DNA of 54,154 nucleotides from a virus, in IMG/VR virus record IMGVR_UViG_3300009838_000002, positions 1 through 54,154 of that record; one strand, given 5' to 3'. Shown in pieces: positions 50,020 through 54,154 of the stretch; the stretch's first letter is position 1; every line of letters starts with the position of its first letter. Below the pieces are notes generated by a model. The model did no database searches, was not told the origin of the DNA, and was given only the letters and a program-made list of their open reading frames with translations. Made by a program: the position numbers and the translations under genes.

Positions 50020-50298
50020 TCAATCTCCTGCGCTATCCCTCCTTTCGGACTTTTTCGTATCTGAAACCCGTTTTTTAGGCGGGTTGAATTTGAAACCGCA
50101 CTCGCAGGAGAAATCCTCGTCCAGGTATTTTTCCCCGCATTGCGGGCATTTAACCCCGGAGGGCATCTTTTCGACTCTCTCCCTCATCTGGCTAAGGCCG
50201 TCGGCAACCATCTCTACAAAAGCCTTTGCTTCTGCCTTGAAGGAACTCGCCGCTATCAGGGCGTTGCTGAAGAAAATTGCATGGCTATTTTTGGGCAT
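50020..50298 (-). CDS. Zinc-ribbon protein (92 aa)
   Basis: AGGAGGGA RBS; CPQCGEKYLDEDFSCECG. Confidence 0.55.
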   Translation of the reverse strand: MPKNSHAIFFSNALIAASSFKAEAKAFVEMVADGLSQMRERVEKMPSGVKCPQCGEKYLDEDFSCECGFKFNPPKKRVSDTKKSERRDSAGD

Positions 50299-50527
50299 CT
50301 TTCCCTCCTACAAAGAGAATGATCTCTTTTACTCCCTTTATGGCCTCCCCCAGGACAGTCATGGCCTCAGTGTTGGCTTTAAGGACGGCCAACAGATCGC
50401 ATTTGTCTTTGCGCTGACTTTCTTCCCTGTTTTTCCACGTGGTTAATTCGAACCAGACAAAAAGCCCAAAACCAATCCCGGCTATTCCGAAGTCAGCGAG
50501 AACCTTTAATACTCCTATATCCATCAT
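50285..50527 (-). CDS. Small membrane protein (80 aa), holin-like by size only
   Basis: TM segment FGIAGIGFGLFVWFEL; ORF track. Confidence 0.5.
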   Translation of the reverse strand: MMDIGVLKVLADFGIAGIGFGLFVWFELTTWKNREESQRKDKCDLLAVLKANTEAMTVLGEAIKGVKEIILFVGGKDAQK

Positions 50528-50697
50528 TTTTTCTTCTTTTTCGACTTGGCGTAAGCCGCCGCTGCCGCTATCTTCTTTGCCTGGGCCATGCTTTTCGGAT
50601 GAGCATTGCCGATCTTTCCGGTTGCCTTAAACTTATGAAGCATCTCTCCGATATTTTCTGAACGCACCTTTTTGGACGAACCTCTTTTTAGGGGCAT
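50524..50697 (-). CDS. Small basic protein (57 aa) with poly-Lys tail
   Basis: ATG 1 nt after the ATP-grasp TAA; MPLKRGSSKKVRSENIGEMLHKF...AAAAAYAKSKKKKK; ATGA-type overlap with the next gene. Confidence 0.5.
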   Translation of the reverse strand: MPLKRGSSKKVRSENIGEMLHKFKATGKIGNAHPKSMAQAKKIAAAAAYAKSKKKKK

Positions 50698-50698
50698 C

Positions 50699-52030
50699 TT
50701 ATTTCACCCTCCTATTCTTCAGCATCCCGAACTTATGAAGCTCCGGGATCTGTTTTATTGCCCGCCGGCCAATATCAATTCTGGCCTGCTTATTAGGAAC
50801 TTTGAGCAACTTCAGCATATCGTAAGCCCCATGCCTTGCGGCTTCGATAGTCTCTCCCGTGGCGCATAGACTTCCAATTACTCCGTCGTCTCCGGCGCAC
50901 CTCAGATCGCCTTCTGAGTCCACGAAGACATCCAGCCAGTAGCAACTCTCCTCGAACCCCTCGAAGCCTTCTATTTTGACGTTTTTAGCTCGTTCAAGCA
51001 GGGCCTCTCTGCACTTGTCTTTGAGTCCCTTTGGCATACCGGGAGGGAATTCCATGTGAGGATATGGAGGAATTGAAACCCGGAGGGCGATGCAGTAGTC
51101 TTGGGAGAACTCGACATCTCCGACTTTGCCTCTTCCGAGAGAGACAAGGAATTCTCCCCAGTCTCCCTTGAAGAGGGCGAGTTCGTTTTCTAGGGCGCAA
51201 TACCCAGTGCGCGAACAAAATTCGAGCGCCCAGGGCTTGCCCTTGCCATCCACGATGGTATTCAAGTCTATTTCGCCCCGGTAGTTGTTGGCCCTGAGAA
51301 TAGAAGTCATGCGCTTCAGGTTTTTTACAAGCCTATCGGAAGGATCGTCGTTAAAGAACACAAGGGATCCCTCTGATCCCGTAGTTGATCCGAGTCCTCC
51401 CGTCATAAACTTCTTTTCTTCTATTGTGTGGTTAAAGGACTGTGGAACGAAGTCGTTTCCGTCGAAGGTGCCTGCGGTGCTTATTTCTATTCCCTCGACA
51501 AATACTTGCAGGACGAAGCCTTTTTTGGAGTCAAATAGCTTCTCTCTTTCCATGTGTTCGATCATCTCGATCATGTCTTCCGGGGAGTCGGAGACGTAGG
51601 ACGTGAAGCAACTCTGGTTGTCGTCAACCTTAACGACGTATCTTTCCGGGTTTTGTTCGACGAAACGAATGGCTTCTTTGGGGGAATTAAACTCATGGGT
51701 TTCGGGGAAGTTTATCCCCGCTATCTTCATCAGCTTCATTCCGTAGGCCCGATCTAGTTCCGCCCTGTCGTTAAACGCCCCTCCGCCAACGACGTTGTAG
51801 GTTCTCTTCAAGTAGTCTGCGATCTTCCCGTCGCCTACCATGTCAAAAAACACAACATCCGGGTTTGTCCTCAGGCCGTCTTCGAGAGTATTTACTTTCT
51901 CGGTCATGCCTTCATAAGCCCTCCGATGATCCTTCTCTTTGATGAAGACGCAAACACTATGCCCCTCGCGCTGTAGCCGAGGAACCATGAACAGAGAGTC
52001 GCCCTCTTTGGAGTAGATCAATATTTTCAA
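50699..52030 (-). CDS. PurD-like ATP-grasp protein (443 aa)
   Basis: Length and layout resemble GAR synthetase: Rossmann-like N-terminus MKILIYSKEGD, ..RYVVKVDD.., FMTGGLGSTTGSEG (compare GPNTGGMG), LEFCSRTGY (compare EFNxRFGDPE). Confidence 0.6.
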   Translation of the reverse strand: MKILIYSKEGDSLFMVPRLQREGHSVCVFIKEKDHRRAYEGMTEKVNTLEDGLRTNPDVVFFDMVGDGKIADYLKRTYNVVGGGAFNDRAELDRAYGMKLMKIAGINFPETHEFNSPKEAIRFVEQNPERYVVKVDDNQSCFTSYVSDSPEDMIEMIEHMEREKLFDSKKGFVLQVFVEGIEISTAGTFDGNDFVPQSFNHTIEEKKFMTGGLGSTTGSEGSLVFFNDDPSDRLVKNLKRMTSILRANNYRGEIDLNTIVDGKGKPWALEFCSRTGYCALENELALFKGDWGEFLVSLGRGKVGDVEFSQDYCIALRVSIPPYPHMEFPPGMPKGLKDKCREALLERAKNVKIEGFEGFEESCYWLDVFVDSEGDLRCAGDDGVIGSLCATGETIEAARHGAYDMLKLLKVPNKQARIDIGRRAIKQIPELHKFGMLKNRRVK

Positions 52031-53940
52031 GGTTGTCCTCCTGGAGTGTTTTTGAATAGAGGTTTTTCGTCCCCTCCCTGGATCGCGTCAAGGTATTCCT
52101 GCGCCTTGCTTCCCGCTTTCTCGAACAGGTTTCTTCTCGTCGGGTTTTTGGCTTTCCAAGCCGCCTCTCGCATTTCTTTCATGTCTAAGTTGGGGAAGTC
52201 GAACATCTGAGGAACCTCGACAAACGGATCCCATTCCCCTTCGTCTATGCCCTTCTTGATGGACTTGAATATCTTGGCCCCGAACCTTCCTCCGGGAACC
52301 CACAGGGGGGCTAATCGAGCGAACTCCTTGAACGCCTTATGTGAACTGTATTCATCGCCTTCGGCCCAGTTTTTCATCGCGCTTCCAAGCTGGTAGAAGC
52401 TATTCAGGATCGGAGAAATGCCTGTAGGGAGAACCCCCATGCCAACCTTTGAGGAAACGTCCAACCCAAGGCCCTTGAAGGCATGAAGAATGGCCGCCAA
52501 ATAAAGCGCATACATCCCGGCCTTCGTCCAGTTTCCTCCCTTAATGTCGTGGGCCAACATCTCGAAGGTGTTGATCGGAAAGCTCCAGAACATTGTCGCT
52601 ACTTTCCCTAGAGGGTGACGCATCATCATGGGGGTGTCTATGGAGCCATAAAAGTATTGAGTCTTCCCTGTTATTGCTTCGGCATACTGTTCCGCCGCCG
52701 CTTTCATATTGCCAGCCGTCCAATGCCCTTTTATGATCTTGGCGTCGTCACTCAGAACGTCTTTGAGTAGTTGTGCCCGAGTTTTTGGGTCTTTTGCCAG
52801 ATCCATTGCCTTGTCGTAAGCTCCGACAAAGGCAACTTTCCTGTTCGGAATCTCCGCCATTTGAAACGGTTTCATTGCAACGTCTTCCGCTTTATGAAGT
52901 CCTCTTGCGATAGTGCCTGATCCAAAACCAGTTTTACTCTGATCTCCAAGTATTTCATGTGGAAGCAAGTCTTCAAGTAATCCCCTTCGCTTCAATGCGT
53001 CTTCAATCTCTGGGCTTACCTGTTTAAATACGACTTTTTTCAACGCTGGGGCAAAATACTTTGGCCCAAGCTCAACAAGAGTATTTCCCTGCTGAAAAAA
53101 GTTGGTGAACGCCGATCCTGGAGATCCAAGCGCCCCGGACATCACAAGCCTTGTTGCCTCTCTGACAAATGGCTGTGCGTTTCTCTCCCATTGCGACAGA
53201 GGATCTTTCGGCCTTAGAATGTAGTCCATCAGCCTCTGAGTATAGTTCTGAAGGTTCAAGCTGACATTGGAGTTTCCGACGATGTTATCTCTGACGTGAT
53301 CTACTGCTGGTTGAAAGGCGATCTTTCTTTCCGCGTCGTTGGCGTAAGTCAGGAAGGCGGTTACCGGGTTCTTTTCGTATCCCTCTGCTCCTGTTCTGCT
53401 TTTGGCCCACCTGAACCCCGGCCCTCTCCCGATAGCAGACTCTATTTCGGCGGCGTATTCCGGGGGCTTATTAAAGACGTGCGTCATGTAGTTCTGAAGC
53501 TCTCCTTTAATTCCAAGGGTTTCTCCGTGAACATCGTGGTAGTATTTCCACTTGTCTTTCAAAACCTTGGCGAGGTTTATGTCTTGCTCCGTTAGCAAAG
53601 ACGGATCAACCCCTCCGGTCTTGCCCTCGATGAGCCTTCCGACTCGATGCGCTCTTTCAATAGCTTCTTCTGGTTTAAGAATGTTGAGGTATTTAGACGC
53701 TTCGTCAACGGCCTTGTGGACTTCCAGGAAACCTGCGTGGGCTTGATTCTGCGCCCCTCTTAATTTTGGATACAATTCTGTTCCGTCCAAAACATAGCGG
53801 ACGGGCTCCATGTTGAGACGCGCTCTTTCAATCGCGCTTTTAGTAGCTTTTCCAAGAAGCGTAGCCCCCTCTTCGCCGAGGAGTTTCTTGCCGACGTTCC
53901 ATGCGCCTTTTCCCAGGGCTTCCATTATGAAACCGCCCAT
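52027..53940 (-). CDS. Large virion-module protein (637 aa), function unknown
   Basis: TAATG-type 1-nt overlap with the stop of the 816-aa gene; ATGA overlap with the ATP-grasp gene. Confidence 0.65.
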   Translation of the reverse strand: MGGFIMEALGKGAWNVGKKLLGEEGATLLGKATKSAIERARLNMEPVRYVLDGTELYPKLRGAQNQAHAGFLEVHKAVDEASKYLNILKPEEAIERAHRVGRLIEGKTGGVDPSLLTEQDINLAKVLKDKWKYYHDVHGETLGIKGELQNYMTHVFNKPPEYAAEIESAIGRGPGFRWAKSRTGAEGYEKNPVTAFLTYANDAERKIAFQPAVDHVRDNIVGNSNVSLNLQNYTQRLMDYILRPKDPLSQWERNAQPFVREATRLVMSGALGSPGSAFTNFFQQGNTLVELGPKYFAPALKKVVFKQVSPEIEDALKRRGLLEDLLPHEILGDQSKTGFGSGTIARGLHKAEDVAMKPFQMAEIPNRKVAFVGAYDKAMDLAKDPKTRAQLLKDVLSDDAKIIKGHWTAGNMKAAAEQYAEAITGKTQYFYGSIDTPMMMRHPLGKVATMFWSFPINTFEMLAHDIKGGNWTKAGMYALYLAAILHAFKGLGLDVSSKVGMGVLPTGISPILNSFYQLGSAMKNWAEGDEYSSHKAFKEFARLAPLWVPGGRFGAKIFKSIKKGIDEGEWDPFVEVPQMFDFPNLDMKEMREAAWKAKNPTRRNLFEKAGSKAQEYLDAIQGGDEKPLFKNTPGGQP

Positions 53941-54154
53941 TAAAACCTCCCGAAAAGCTGTTCGATGTCTTTGTTGTCTCCGCTCGGCATGAACATTCCC
54001 GCCATGTCCTCGAAGGAATTTACAAAGTCCTCGATGTCGTTATCCTGAACCCCGATAAATGGATTTAGAGGAAGATATGTCCTGGCTTGGTTTATCTGCT
54101 GCTTGCGAGACACTTCGTCCGCCCACTTTCTGAACTCTGGATCGGTTTTATGGA
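53940..54154 (-). CDS. 3' end of the 816-aa gene that starts at 2359 (wraps the circle)
   Basis: Frame is open from the right edge to TAA at 53942-53940; (2359+54031-53942)/3 = 816 codons exactly. Confidence 0.8.
   Translation of the reverse strand, partial: HKTDPEFRKWADEVSRKQQINQARTYLPLNPFIGVQDNDIEDFVNSFEDMAGMFMPSGDNKDIEQLFGRF
54032..54154. repeat. Terminal direct repeat, right copy
   Basis: Identical to 1-123. Confidence 0.95.

Overview
The window is one complete, circularly closed dsDNA phage genome. Bases 1-123 repeat exactly at 54032-54154, so the unit length is 54,031 bp, and the repeat falls inside a gene.

Layout: there are two opposed arms.
- Minus arm (24122 down to 1, wrapping to 54031 and on down to 49070). 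It carries a regulator and small-gene block, then TerS, TerL (interrupted by an HNH intein), portal, scaffold and an HK97-like major capsid protein. After these come three tandem paralogs, fibre and tail proteins, a run of Q-rich low-complexity proteins, two very large proteins (816 and 637 aa), a PurD-like ATP-grasp protein and small membrane or secreted proteins. I recognised no tape-measure, tube or sheath gene, so a short-tailed virion is inferred.
- Plus arm (24815-48832). It starts at a perfect consensus sigma70 promoter. It holds small early genes, a DUF3560-like protein and an SNF2 helicase. A recombination module follows (YqaJ-like exonuclease, SMC-like ATPase, RecT-like protein), then a lambda-O-like initiator with iterons inside the gene and a DnaC-like loader. 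The rest comprises RusA, a C5 methyltransferase, a PAPS-reductase-like protein, a radical-SAM protein, a deoxynucleoside kinase, a NinG-like protein and an M15 endolysin.
- The arms diverge at 24.1-24.8 kb and converge on a bidirectional terminator at about 49.03 kb.

Most notable observations:
1. An intact, TnpA-less TnpB element on the opposite strand, slotted exactly between two late genes.
2. An HNH intein in TerL, plus a free-standing zinc-ribbon PD-(D/E)XK endonuclease that shares the same zinc-ribbon module.
3. A promoter-associated 14-mer, AAGGCTAGGGGTAT.
4. Two apparently leaderless transcription units.
5. A C5 methyltransferase whose target-recognition region reads in a different frame from its catalytic motifs.
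6. Short direct repeats bracketing gene cassettes.
7. A remnant of an integrase gene.

Limits: all functional calls rest on motifs recognised by eye. No database search, RNA folding or statistics were run.
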